A DNA stretch of 40,988 nucleotides from a virus (taxonomy: Duplodnaviria > Caudoviricetes), in the IMG/VR virus record IMGVR_UViG_3300024284_000006, positions 1-40,988 of that record, one strand, 5' to 3'. The stretch's first letter is position 1. Every line of letters begins with the position of its first letter. The notes under the pieces were generated by a model, which did no database searches, was not told the DNA's origin, and was given only the letters and a program-made list of their open reading frames with translations. Position numbers and translations under genes: made by a program. Positions 17,274 to 24,617 of the stretch are shown here, piece by piece.

Positions 17274-17930
17274 TTAGTACGCTAGATTGCCGTTTTTTAG
17301 ATCTTCTAGGTCTTTGTCTGTCACCTCGAAGTTGTCTGGTGTTTTCACTTCGTGTACTATCTCCTCTTGTTCAAGGGGAGCGTCTTTGGGTTTTTTGGCG
17401 TAGATTCGAGCTATTGAACTTCTGACGGCAGCCTTGAAGACCATGTTTGGTTTCATGCCGATAGCTTGTTCGATCCAAGCGTCTAGTTCTTCGGCGCTGT
17501 CGATACCAGTCACGTTGTTGGCGGCTCGCCGGAGCTCGGTTATCTCTTTGGCATCTGCAAACTTTGCTTTGCTTTGGTTGGTCGCTTTGTTTATTTCGTC
17601 TACCGAGGCAATACTCTCGATAACCCCAATACCCATCATGGCAAGTGCTCGGCCCACGGCGCTGGTTTCAGCATTCTCTAGGGCTGAGGTTTTGTTGATG
17701 TAGCCGTCACCCCACTTTGCCTGGGAGTAGCCGGTAAAGAACCTATCGGAGTCATCAGGAAATATCTTTGCCTTGACGACTACGAAGTCACTGTCTACCG
17801 CCGATATGAGCTCAGTTTGGATCGAGCCTTTTGGATACATTTCGTTGAAGTAAAGCACGCGATCCGATACAAGGACATATTCCTTGCCCTTGATGTTGAT
17901 GGCCTTGTCTTTTAATTGCTTGTCTGCCAT
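17274..17930 (-). CDS. Single-strand annealing/recombination protein (Rad52/Sak-like)
   Basis: NIKGKEYVLVSDRV...SALENAETSAVGRALAMMGIG...SIASVDE. Confidence 0.65.
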   Translation of the reverse strand: MADKQLKDKAINIKGKEYVLVSDRVLYFNEMYPKGSIQTELISAVDSDFVVVKAKIFPDDSDRFFTGYSQAKWGDGYINKTSALENAETSAVGRALAMMGIGVIESIASVDEINKATNQSKAKFADAKEITELRRAANNVTGIDSAEELDAWIEQAIGMKPNMVFKAAVRSSIARIYAKKPKDAPLEQEEIVHEVKTPDNFEVTDKDLEDLKNGNLAY

Positions 17931-17932
17931 AG

Positions 17933-18169
17933 TTACGCCTCGGTGTACTCGTTATCTTCATTAATCTCTAGGTAGGCCTCCTCCTGACGCCGAGTCAGGT
18001 GTTTGTTGTGACAGTCTGGGCAAAACATTGTCTGCAAGTCACGGTCAAAGTAAATAAGATCGTGTACGCACCGAATTGCTAGGTGCAGACCTTCTTCAAA
18101 GTTTCCTTCGCTCCAGTCGTCGTCTAATGCGTACACACTTGACGGCTGGAGTAGAACATTAATCTTCAT
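17933..18169 (-). CDS. Small zinc-binding protein
   Basis: CVH...CPDC; AAGGAG RBS. Confidence 0.6.
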   Translation of the reverse strand: MKINVLLQPSSVYALDDDWSEGNFEEGLHLAIRCVHDLIYFDRDLQTMFCPDCHNKHLTRRQEEAYLEINEDNEYTEA

Positions 18170-18326
18170 CCGGTTTCTCCTTGTTCTGTAAATCTATGAT
18201 TGTTGCTATCTCGGCCATATATTCTTGGCCGATGGCTACGATCTCGAGCGATATTTTCTGTGATTGCAGTACTAGGTTGCTTAGTTCATCTGTCAGTTCG
18301 AGAGCTTTCTTGATATGGGGGTCCAT
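18159..18326 (-). CDS. 55-aa hypothetical protein
   Basis: TAAGGAGG RBS; MDPHIKKALEL...; not in the ORF track. Confidence 0.6.
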   Translation of the reverse strand: MDPHIKKALELTDELSNLVLQSQKISLEIVAIGQEYMAEIATIIDLQNKEKPDED

Positions 18327-18341
18327 GTTCCTCCTTAATAT

Positions 18342-18508
18342 CTGCTAGCTCTAAGAAGGCCAGGCAGCCCGCACGATGAGCTGTTGGTCTGGCCTTATTG
18401 GAACTAGCAGTTGGTTTGCTAGGTCTTAACGCACCAGAAAGACAGGTGGCCTCGAGGTTACACCTCATATTTGAGTTATCCCCCACCTGTCCATACAGTG
18501 CGTTAAGA
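18342..18508 (-). ncRNA. Structured intergenic RNA with two long stem-loops
   Basis: Pairs 18424-34/18498-508 (11 bp), 18441-49/18483-91 (9 bp), 18356-63/18389-96 (8 bp), 18342-48/18404-10 (7 bp); strand inferred from the operon. Confidence 0.6.
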
Positions 18509-18523
18509 AGTCTCTTTTGATAG

Positions 18524-18679
18524 TTAGAGCTTGGCTAGGACTGCTATCGATTGTTGGTCGCCGGGCTGTCGTTTTAGATGTTTGGCGATCTTTCGTTTCT
18601 TGTTAGCGGCAATTCTTGTAGGTCCATTAGCGTACCTAATCTTTTGCGACGGGCTGGGCCCAGTTAAATGTTTCGGCAT
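18524..18679 (-). CDS. 51-aa basic protein
   Basis: TAAGGAG RBS; MPKHLTG...AANKKRKIAKHLKRQPGD; not in the ORF track. Confidence 0.6.
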   Translation of the reverse strand: MPKHLTGPSPSQKIRYANGPTRIAANKKRKIAKHLKRQPGDQQSIAVLAKL

Positions 18680-18703
18680 ATGTACTCCTTAATACTCTTA
18701 TCT

Positions 18704-19126
18704 CTACCACCACTTCTGGCTAATCCATGTGCTGTAGGCACCCCACCACCCGCCGTATCGGCTATTTGCATAGGTGGTGAAGTGTTTGAGCTGACAGACT
18801 GCGTTCAGATCAGGACAGTCACTCTGGAGAACGCTCGCGGGGCATCTTTGGCCAAGTCCGAGGCAACCTTCGCTGTTTAAGGCATCTGGTTGCCAAGAGC
18901 TCTCGTGGCCCACGATGTATTCCACGGCATCCCACTCAGACGCAGGAATACCTGCGGCCTGCATGAGTGACTGGTGATCTGTAATTGGTGGCTGTGGAGC
19001 AGGCTCGGGAGCCGGTATTGGTTCTGGAGCTGCTACCACGGGTTCTGTTTGTTGTGTTGGTATCTGCGAGGCTTCTGCTTGCGCAGCAGGTCGCACCTCA
19101 CCTGACGACCTTACTGTTTTAACGAC
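18704..19126 (-). CDS. Lytic transglycosylase (SLT/aggregation-promoting-factor-like) domain
   Basis: YIVGHESSWQPDALN..GCLGLGQ..YANSRYGGW; frame is open only up to 19126. Confidence 0.8.
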   Translation of the reverse strand, partial: VVKTVRSSGEVRPAAQAEASQIPTQQTEPVVAAPEPIPAPEPAPQPPITDHQSLMQAAGIPASEWDAVEYIVGHESSWQPDALNSEGCLGLGQRCPASVLQSDCPDLNAVCQLKHFTTYANSRYGGWWGAYSTWISQKWW

Positions 19127-19287
19127 TTAGCTTGCAGGGAAACCATTGCTTTGGCTTCTTGCTTTACTTGACCGTTGACATGCGCTTGGTACTTCATGCC
19201 GGCTACAAAGGCGATAACGCCTGTAACAAGGACTGCGATTGCAATTGTCTTAAGTGTTTCTCGGGTTGTTTTACTTGGTGTCTTCAT
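19111..19287 (-). CDS. 58-aa membrane-anchor ORF, probable N-terminus of the transglycosylase via -1 frameshift
   Basis: TAAGGAG RBS; TM segment IAIAVLVTGVIAFVAG; ends G-TTA-AAA-CAG-TAA. Confidence 0.65.
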   Translation of the reverse strand: MKTPSKTTRETLKTIAIAVLVTGVIAFVAGMKYQAHVNGQVKQEAKAMVSLQAKSLKQ

Positions 19288-19568
19288 AGTGAATTCTCCT
19301 TAGTGTTTTTTGGTTTGTTTGTTTTTAAACGCTTAATTGTTAAGGTTCACCTTGCTGTCACTTCCGCATTGATACTGCCAATGGTCAGGCGATCAGTCTT
19401 TAGGGCGCATTTAATACACCGTTTGCACGGTCATTAATGCTTGTGTGTGATTTTCCTAAGCTAGTGGCAGCTCCAGGCCGGTAATATGACCGCTGGTCAG
19501 CGCTTTCACTGGGGGACAGGTTTCGTTACCTGCTGAGGTCAAAATGCTGTATCGTGACCTCAGGTAAT

Positions 19569-19601
19569 AAAAAAACCGTTCTGCTTTTCTACAGAACGGT
19601 T
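19569..19601 (-). terminator. Intrinsic terminator downstream of the tRNA 3' fragment
   Basis: AACCGTTCTG-TAGAAAAG-CAGAACGGTT-TTTTT. Confidence 0.85.
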
Positions 19602-19614
19602 GTTGTATCTCTGT

Positions 19615-19648
19615 TGGCTGGGGCGGAGGGATTCGAACCCCCGAATGC
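19615..19648 (-). mobile_element. attP core: 3' half of tRNA-Gln
   Basis: GCATTCGGGGGTTCGAATCCCTCCGCCCCAGCCA has a T-arm, acceptor 3' strand, G discriminator and CCA, typical of tRNA-Gln; no D or anticodon arm; about 125 nt from the integrase stop. Confidence 0.8.
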
Positions 19649-19743
19649 AATTACCGAATCTTATCTGTAGATTCAGTCCCCCGAATTGGAGAACAACAAT
19701 GTTTTCTGTAGAAAACGTTTTGTGTTGTGAATGAACTAATTAC

Positions 19744-19772
19744 ATCCTAGCATAAGCATTGGATGCTGTCAA
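19744..19772 (-). promoter_or_regulatory. Sigma70 promoter firing across attP into the early operon
   Basis: TTGACA-17-TAGGAT with extended TG, immediately after the integrase stop. Confidence 0.75.
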
Positions 19773-20624
19773 CTACTTTTTGGGTATGCGGGAGTGAAAC
19801 TCTGTATATGACTTGTCGCGCTTCTTGTCGCCTATATGCACATAGATCTGGGTTGTACTAATGCTCGTATGGCGGAGCTGTTCTTTAATATCGTAGAGAT
19901 CGGCACCATTAAGTCGCAGGTCACTGGCAAAGCTGTGGCGCATAACGTGGGGTGTTACATTCTTATCTATACCGGCCATATCGGCGTAGACGTGCATGAC
20001 CTGTTGGACGCGACTTACTGTTATCCGGCGGTATTGACCAGAGACAAAGAGAGGCTTCAGTTTATCTTTACGACTTGCGAGATAGTCGTCCAAGTATTGC
20101 AGGGCAACCTCGTCAAAGCGAAGAACCCCTATCTTACTTCCCTTCCCCACAATTTCGGCTCGACCATCTCTAAGGCTATCTCTGTTTAGGCTCAAGAGCT
20201 CCGAGATGCGCGCCCCACTACTAAAGAGGCAGGCGACGATTGCCTTATCACGAAGATTCTCGATAACACCAAGAAGTTGTGTCACCTCATCTAGTTCTAA
20301 CCATACAGGGGGTCGCTTTATAATTGTGGGCAGTTCAACATCACGGTAGTTCATAACCAAAAGACCGCGGCGCCTGAGATACTTAAGAACCTGGCGTAAG
20401 TGGGAGAGCTGGTGGGCTACAGTAGAACTCTGGAGGCCTCTGTACTCCATGAGGGTCACCCAACGAATACACGTCTCGTACGTAATAGTTTCTACCGCTA
20501 CATCGCCACATGCTTTAATAAAAGAATTACACGATGATCGATAGTTTCTCTTGGTTTTTTCTGCCTTCCCGCGTAGCCATAGCTGTGTACTGATGTACTG
20601 AGCAAAGGCTTCGGAAATGGTCAT
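19773..20624 (-). CDS. int: Tyrosine recombinase/integrase (XerC/D-like)
   Basis: SGARISELL, GKGSK, TPHVMRHSFA, LRHTSISTTQIY (R-K-H-R-H-Y catalytic set). Confidence 0.95.
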   Translation of the reverse strand: MTISEAFAQYISTQLWLRGKAEKTKRNYRSSCNSFIKACGDVAVETITYETCIRWVTLMEYRGLQSSTVAHQLSHLRQVLKYLRRRGLLVMNYRDVELPTIIKRPPVWLELDEVTQLLGVIENLRDKAIVACLFSSGARISELLSLNRDSLRDGRAEIVGKGSKIGVLRFDEVALQYLDDYLASRKDKLKPLFVSGQYRRITVSRVQQVMHVYADMAGIDKNVTPHVMRHSFASDLRLNGADLYDIKEQLRHTSISTTQIYVHIGDKKRDKSYTEFHSRIPKK

Positions 20625-20656
20625 TGAGTATTTCCTGTACAGTCTTTTGGGTTCAT
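20621..20656 (-). CDS. 11-aa leader peptide translationally coupled to the integrase
   Basis: AGGTAGGTGAG SD-like sequence, MNPKDCTGNTQ, stop overlaps the int start (ATGA). Confidence 0.5.
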   Translation of the reverse strand: MNPKDCTGNTQ

Positions 20657-20880
20657 GTTTAGACTCACCTACCTAAAAAGGTTATTTATGGTTTGATGAA
20701 ACCCCACTCTTGAGTAGCCAGTCTGTGTCCTCCCTTCCTGACACGGTCACTGACCACTTTATAACACCGTACATCCCCATAAAACAATCTGATTTAAATC
20801 ACCGTTAATCTTTGTTCTTTACACTAGATTTGCTATCTGTTTTCTTTTTTGGACCTACGCATATTGGGCACAGGCAAGCC

Positions 20881-21378
20881 TTAGTCTTCTTTAAACATCT
20901 CGCGGAGTTCTAAAGCGGCTTCTTCTTCTGTCTTTAGGTGGGACGCTATGACGTGATAGCTACCCTTTTTCTCGTTGTTCTTAATTTTTAGCTGACATCG
21001 CTTTTTTTGACTCAGGACACTAATGTTTTTACTTTTGTTACAGGGGTTACAGGCTAAAACTAGGTTATTTCTCTCGTTACTGCCCCCTCGTGCCTTTGGC
21101 ATAATGTGCTCGACATTAATGCGCATTCCCTTGAGGGGTATATCACAGTAGTAACATGTACCTCCTTGACGCAAGAACTGTCTTCGCTTCCATTCATCAA
21201 AGTCTGTTGTTTTTCTCCAACTGAGGTATTCTTTGTGCGTTGTGAGCCATGCTCCGTTTTGTACTTTTATACGTTTATTAAAGCCATTCCACTCACTATT
21301 CTTAGGCACGTTCCATATCCTTTCTGCACAGCCAGTTAAAGAGGCCGGCCGGGTTCTTTCCAGTAGTTGAACGTTCAA
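20881..21378 (-). CDS. HNH endonuclease (start uncertain)
   Basis: CYYCD...VEHIMPKARGGSNERNNLVLACNPCNKSK. Confidence 0.85.
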   Translation of the reverse strand: MNVQLLERTRPASLTGCAERIWNVPKNSEWNGFNKRIKVQNGAWLTTHKEYLSWRKTTDFDEWKRRQFLRQGGTCYYCDIPLKGMRINVEHIMPKARGGSNERNNLVLACNPCNKSKNISVLSQKKRCQLKIKNNEKKGSYHVIASHLKTEEEAALELREMFKED

Positions 21379-21583
21379 AGTTGTTCCATATCTGTGCTTC
21401 AGATAGTTTGTAGGCCACCTTGCAGTAGAAAGGAAATGAGTTTGGGGCTGAAAATTTGTCTACCAACTGGTGCGCTATTCTTTCTGCGTTCTTACTTGAG
21501 TTGAAATTTACATTGTCATTGACATTGTAAGTGTTATTGGGGTTATTAAAATAACCATTTACATTGACATTGTTGCTGTGCAT
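21302..21583 (-). CDS. Hypothetical protein, possible minimal replication organiser
   Basis: AAGGAG RBS; NVNVN/NVNDNVN linker and a helical C-terminus ending KNPAGLFNWL. Confidence 0.55.
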   Translation of the reverse strand: MHSNNVNVNGYFNNPNNTYNVNDNVNFNSSKNAERIAHQLVDKFSAPNSFPFYCKVAYKLSEAQIWNNFERSTTGKNPAGLFNWLCRKDMERA

Positions 21584-21815
21584 AACTCCTTTACCCTCCT
21601 TTTTAAGACAACACGAAACTCGCCCTGTTCGCTGACAGAGTGACGTGTTGGTGTTTACCTGAATCGAACACAGTCAGGTAAACGATGATAGAGAATTCTG
21701 CAATTTCGCCCTTGACAAATTAGAAAACCTCGTTCCACTTTTTGGGTAAAACGAGGTCTTTGTCACGAAACGTCAGACCTCTTGCGAGGCCACGACGCAG
21801 CATTCTGACATGGAT

Positions 21816-21844
21816 ATTGTAGCAAAGGATGTGCAAAAATACAA
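21816..21844 (-). promoter_or_regulatory. Sigma70 promoter for the 21583/HNH/int unit
   Basis: TTGTAT-17-TACAAT with extended TG. Confidence 0.7.
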
Positions 21845-21948
21845 GGTGGGACGGTCACCTAGGTGAGTCTAAACATCCGCAGGTTTGTGCCTGTGTTCAG
21901 TGGCCGCCCCATTCAGGGCACAAACGTTTTCTCCAGATGTTTAGACTT
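21845..21948 (-). ncRNA. Candidate ~100-nt antisense RNA
   Basis: TGcTATCAT -10 at 21955-21963; stems 21866-77/21936-47 (12 bp) and 21883-91/21917-25 (9 bp); 17-nt complement to 20655-20671. Confidence 0.6.
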
Positions 21949-21973
21949 AAGGATATGATAGCACAGTTGTAAA

Positions 21974-22003
21974 CTAGCATTATCCGGCTACATTTGATAT
22001 AAT
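21974..22003 (+). promoter_or_regulatory. Terminase operon promoter with CTAGC-N8-GCTAC operator
   Basis: TAGCAT-17-TATAAT with extended TG. Confidence 0.7.
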
Positions 22004-22199
22004 GAACGTAACGAATTAGAGACTTACGTGAGGCGTAGCTTCCCCTTCCTTTTAGCTACTCCTAGCACTTTGAGACATTAGATTGTCTCAATTCGTGTGG
22101 GACGTACCGCCAGCTGAATCATTGGTTTAAAAACAAACATGTTTCCCACATTTGGTACGTCTCACGTAGGTTTTTAATATACAGGCAGGAATCAGGCTC

Positions 22200-22589
22200 G
22201 TGATTGGCAAGAATGTATCTCCGGATGTAGGACGAAATACACAGTTTCAGCCTGGGCAGAGTGGCAATCCAGCAGGCAAGCCTAAGGGTGCTAAGCATCT
22301 TTCTACTTGGATTCAGGATATGCTCAACGATGAAGAGTTTGAGACGTATTTGCAGCATCCTACAAAGGGGTATGTGCCGTTTAAAGGCGCTCCTATTAAG
22401 GCTATTGTGCAGACAGCACAACAGAAGGCCGTGGCTGGTGATGATAAGGCTCGTGAGTGGTTGGCTAAGTATGGATATGGACAGAAGTTTGAGGTGGAGC
22501 ATTCGGGTGAGATTGCTACGGGGATTGCTGATCCGGTTATTGCGGCGGAGTTTGCTGAATACTTGAAGGGTAAGAAAAGTGACGGCTAG
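22200..22589 (+). CDS. Terminase small subunit-like protein (DUF5681-type N-terminus)
   Basis: TQFQPGQSGNPAGKPKG motif; upstream of TerL. Confidence 0.75.
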   Translation: MIGKNVSPDVGRNTQFQPGQSGNPAGKPKGAKHLSTWIQDMLNDEEFETYLQHPTKGYVPFKGAPIKAIVQTAQQKAVAGDDKAREWLAKYGYGQKFEVEHSGEIATGIADPVIAAEFAEYLKGKKSDG

Positions 22590-22740
22590 TCAAGAACAGA
22601 AGGTTCGTAAGTTGTTGGCACAGACTGCTAGTGGTGGCTATTCGGATATTCATGCCATAGACAGCAATGGCGACAAAGTTTTGTTTACTAGGCTAGATCT
22701 AATTGTTGAAGATCTAAAGACTATTCTGAATGAACAATGA
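22579..22740 (+). CDS. 53-aa hypothetical protein
   Basis: GTG-start ORF that bridges terS and terL; not in the ORF track. Confidence 0.45.
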   Translation: MTASQEQKVRKLLAQTASGGYSDIHAIDSNGDKVLFTRLDLIVEDLKTILNEQ

Positions 22741-24334
22741 GGACTTGATCGCTTCCACCCCACTGGCGTGGATACTTCTTAACAAGATGGTGAATGAGAA
22801 CCAGGAGCTGATTGAGTTTGACAATCACCGATTTATGATTGACTTCTACGCAGACCAGGCAGATGACATTGTGAGCCGTAAATCTGCGCAGGTAGGGTTT
22901 AGTGTCGCGGCTATCTTGAAATCGCTGCATGAGGCTCGATTTGGGCCGTGGAACATTATTTATGCATTGCCTACTAACAACGTGGTTGGGGATTTTGTAA
23001 AGCCAAAGGTCAATCCGTTGATATCCTCTAACCCTGCCATCTCTAGCATCGTACACGATGACTCGGTGAGTCTGAAACGCATTGGCGACCGCTTCATATT
23101 CTTTAAGGGTGGATTTAGTGACCGGGAGGCTATCTCTATCTCTGGAGATATCTTGGTGATTGACGAATACGATCGTATGCCAGATATGGGCGTAGTGAAC
23201 ACCTTTGATTCACGCTTGCAGGCTAGCAAGAATCCCAAGCGGTGGCGGTTCTCTAACCCTTCTCAGGTGGGATTTGGAGTGGATGGACTGTACCAAGATA
23301 GTAATCAGTTGCATTGGTTTGTGAAGTGCCACCACTGTGGGCATGAGTGGTATATGGAATGGGCGGCTACCGATGAACATGCACATTTTGTAGACCAGGA
23401 GCGCCGTATATATGCGTGTGGTAAGTGTCGTGGAGAGATCAGCGATGAGGATCGGCGAATGGGCAGATGGATTGCTAAGTACCCGAGCAGAAAGCGACAT
23501 GGCTATTGGTTTAGCCAAATGATGGCTCCGTGGGTTAGTGCTGATAGGATCGTTGAGCAGTTTGAGGAGAGCAATATTGAGTTCTTTCATAACTTTGTGT
23601 TGGGCAAGGCCTATACGCCTAGTGACATGATTGTTGACCGAGCTGCTATCTTGCGGGCTACGTCGCCGTCTAATATTGCTCGTGATCGGGTTGCTATTGG
23701 GGTTGACCAGGATGCCGGTGGCCAGTATTACGTGGCGATGACTGCTCAGGGAGTATTTGACCACGGATATGTTGACTCTTGGGATAAGATTGAGCATTTG
23801 AAGCTTATGTACAACGCGGTGGTTGTGTGCGATCCAAACCCTTACTCGGCCACTCCAAAGCAAATGGCTAACAAATATTCGGATTGGTATTTGTGCTATT
23901 TCAAGGCGTTGGATGGACTGTCGGCTGTGCAATGGAAAGAGAAAGAGCAAGTTGTGTATGCTGACCGCACACGGGCCATTGACATTGTGGCAAATGAGAT
24001 TGTGAACGCTAAGCTGCTGTTCCGAGAACGACCGTATGAGCTGGAGGATGTGATTGAGCATTGGCGGAATATCTACCGCACTACCGAGGAGAAAGACGAC
24101 GGACGGACTCGTAGTGTGTGGTTGAAGAAGGAGGGCAAGCAGTCTGATTATCCCTTTGCCATGACATATGCGCGAATTGGATTGAGCCAGTTGCTTGGTG
24201 GGGGATCTGAGTTTATTGAGCCAACACAGGCTAGCGAAACACAAGTGACTAATATAACGACCAAGGATGGCAACACCTTAACGGTTGACTTTAGAGACAT
24301 ATTAGAGGAGACGTGGGAGGCACAAGGTGAATGA
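22730..24334 (+). CDS. terL: Terminase large subunit (GpA-type ATPase)
   Basis: RKSAQVGFS Walker A, LVIDEYD Walker B, FSNPS, CxxC pairs, IGVDQ nuclease motif. Confidence 0.9.
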   Translation: MNNEDLIASTPLAWILLNKMVNENQELIEFDNHRFMIDFYADQADDIVSRKSAQVGFSVAAILKSLHEARFGPWNIIYALPTNNVVGDFVKPKVNPLISSNPAISSIVHDDSVSLKRIGDRFIFFKGGFSDREAISISGDILVIDEYDRMPDMGVVNTFDSRLQASKNPKRWRFSNPSQVGFGVDGLYQDSNQLHWFVKCHHCGHEWYMEWAATDEHAHFVDQERRIYACGKCRGEISDEDRRMGRWIAKYPSRKRHGYWFSQMMAPWVSADRIVEQFEESNIEFFHNFVLGKAYTPSDMIVDRAAILRATSPSNIARDRVAIGVDQDAGGQYYVAMTAQGVFDHGYVDSWDKIEHLKLMYNAVVVCDPNPYSATPKQMANKYSDWYLCYFKALDGLSAVQWKEKEQVVYADRTRAIDIVANEIVNAKLLFRERPYELEDVIEHWRNIYRTTEEKDDGRTRSVWLKKEGKQSDYPFAMTYARIGLSQLLGGGSEFIEPTQASETQVTNITTKDGNTLTVDFRDILEETWEAQGE

Positions 24335-24617
24335 GCTTGAGATTGTGTTTGTTAAGAAGCGGCAGATTGTTGTGGTGCCCGACAAGCGGTACAGGATACT
24401 TGTGACTTTGATACGAGCGGATCGGCCGCGGTATTGGAACTTCTTGTGTAATAACTGCGGCTCTAAGCTGGTTGAGTTGCAAAACCTTGAGTTGATTGGT
24501 GTTGATGATTTCTACGACCCACAGAATGTGCGCAATGATGGGATTGGGCGGCATTGCAAAGGGATATTGCCGGATGGGCTGCCTTGTCAGTATTCTTATT
24601 TCTTTCATGTGCAGTAG
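24327..24617 (+). CDS. Zinc-ribbon protein (Mu Com-like pattern)
   Basis: FLCNNCGSKL...HCKG..PC. Confidence 0.55.
   Translation: MNELEIVFVKKRQIVVVPDKRYRILVTLIRADRPRYWNFLCNNCGSKLVELQNLELIGVDDFYDPQNVRNDGIGRHCKGILPDGLPCQYSYFFHVQ

Noticed and set aside
18404-18422. CTAGC-N9-GCTAG as another operator copy
   Set aside because: Spacer is 9 rather than 8, no adjacent promoter, and it is explained by RNA hairpin pairing
19515-19520. CUGUCC in the early leader as the antisense trigger for the GGACAG cassette
   Set aside because: Only 6 nt of complementarity, partly buried in a stem; expected by chance
19615-19690. Complete tRNA gene
   Set aside because: Only the variable loop, T-arm, acceptor 3' strand and CCA are present; no D-arm or anticodon arm
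23210-24244. 344-aa minus-strand ORF and similar shadow ORFs opposite the portal, capsid and tail genes
   Set aside because: Antisense to well-supported genes, with no RBS or recognisable motifs
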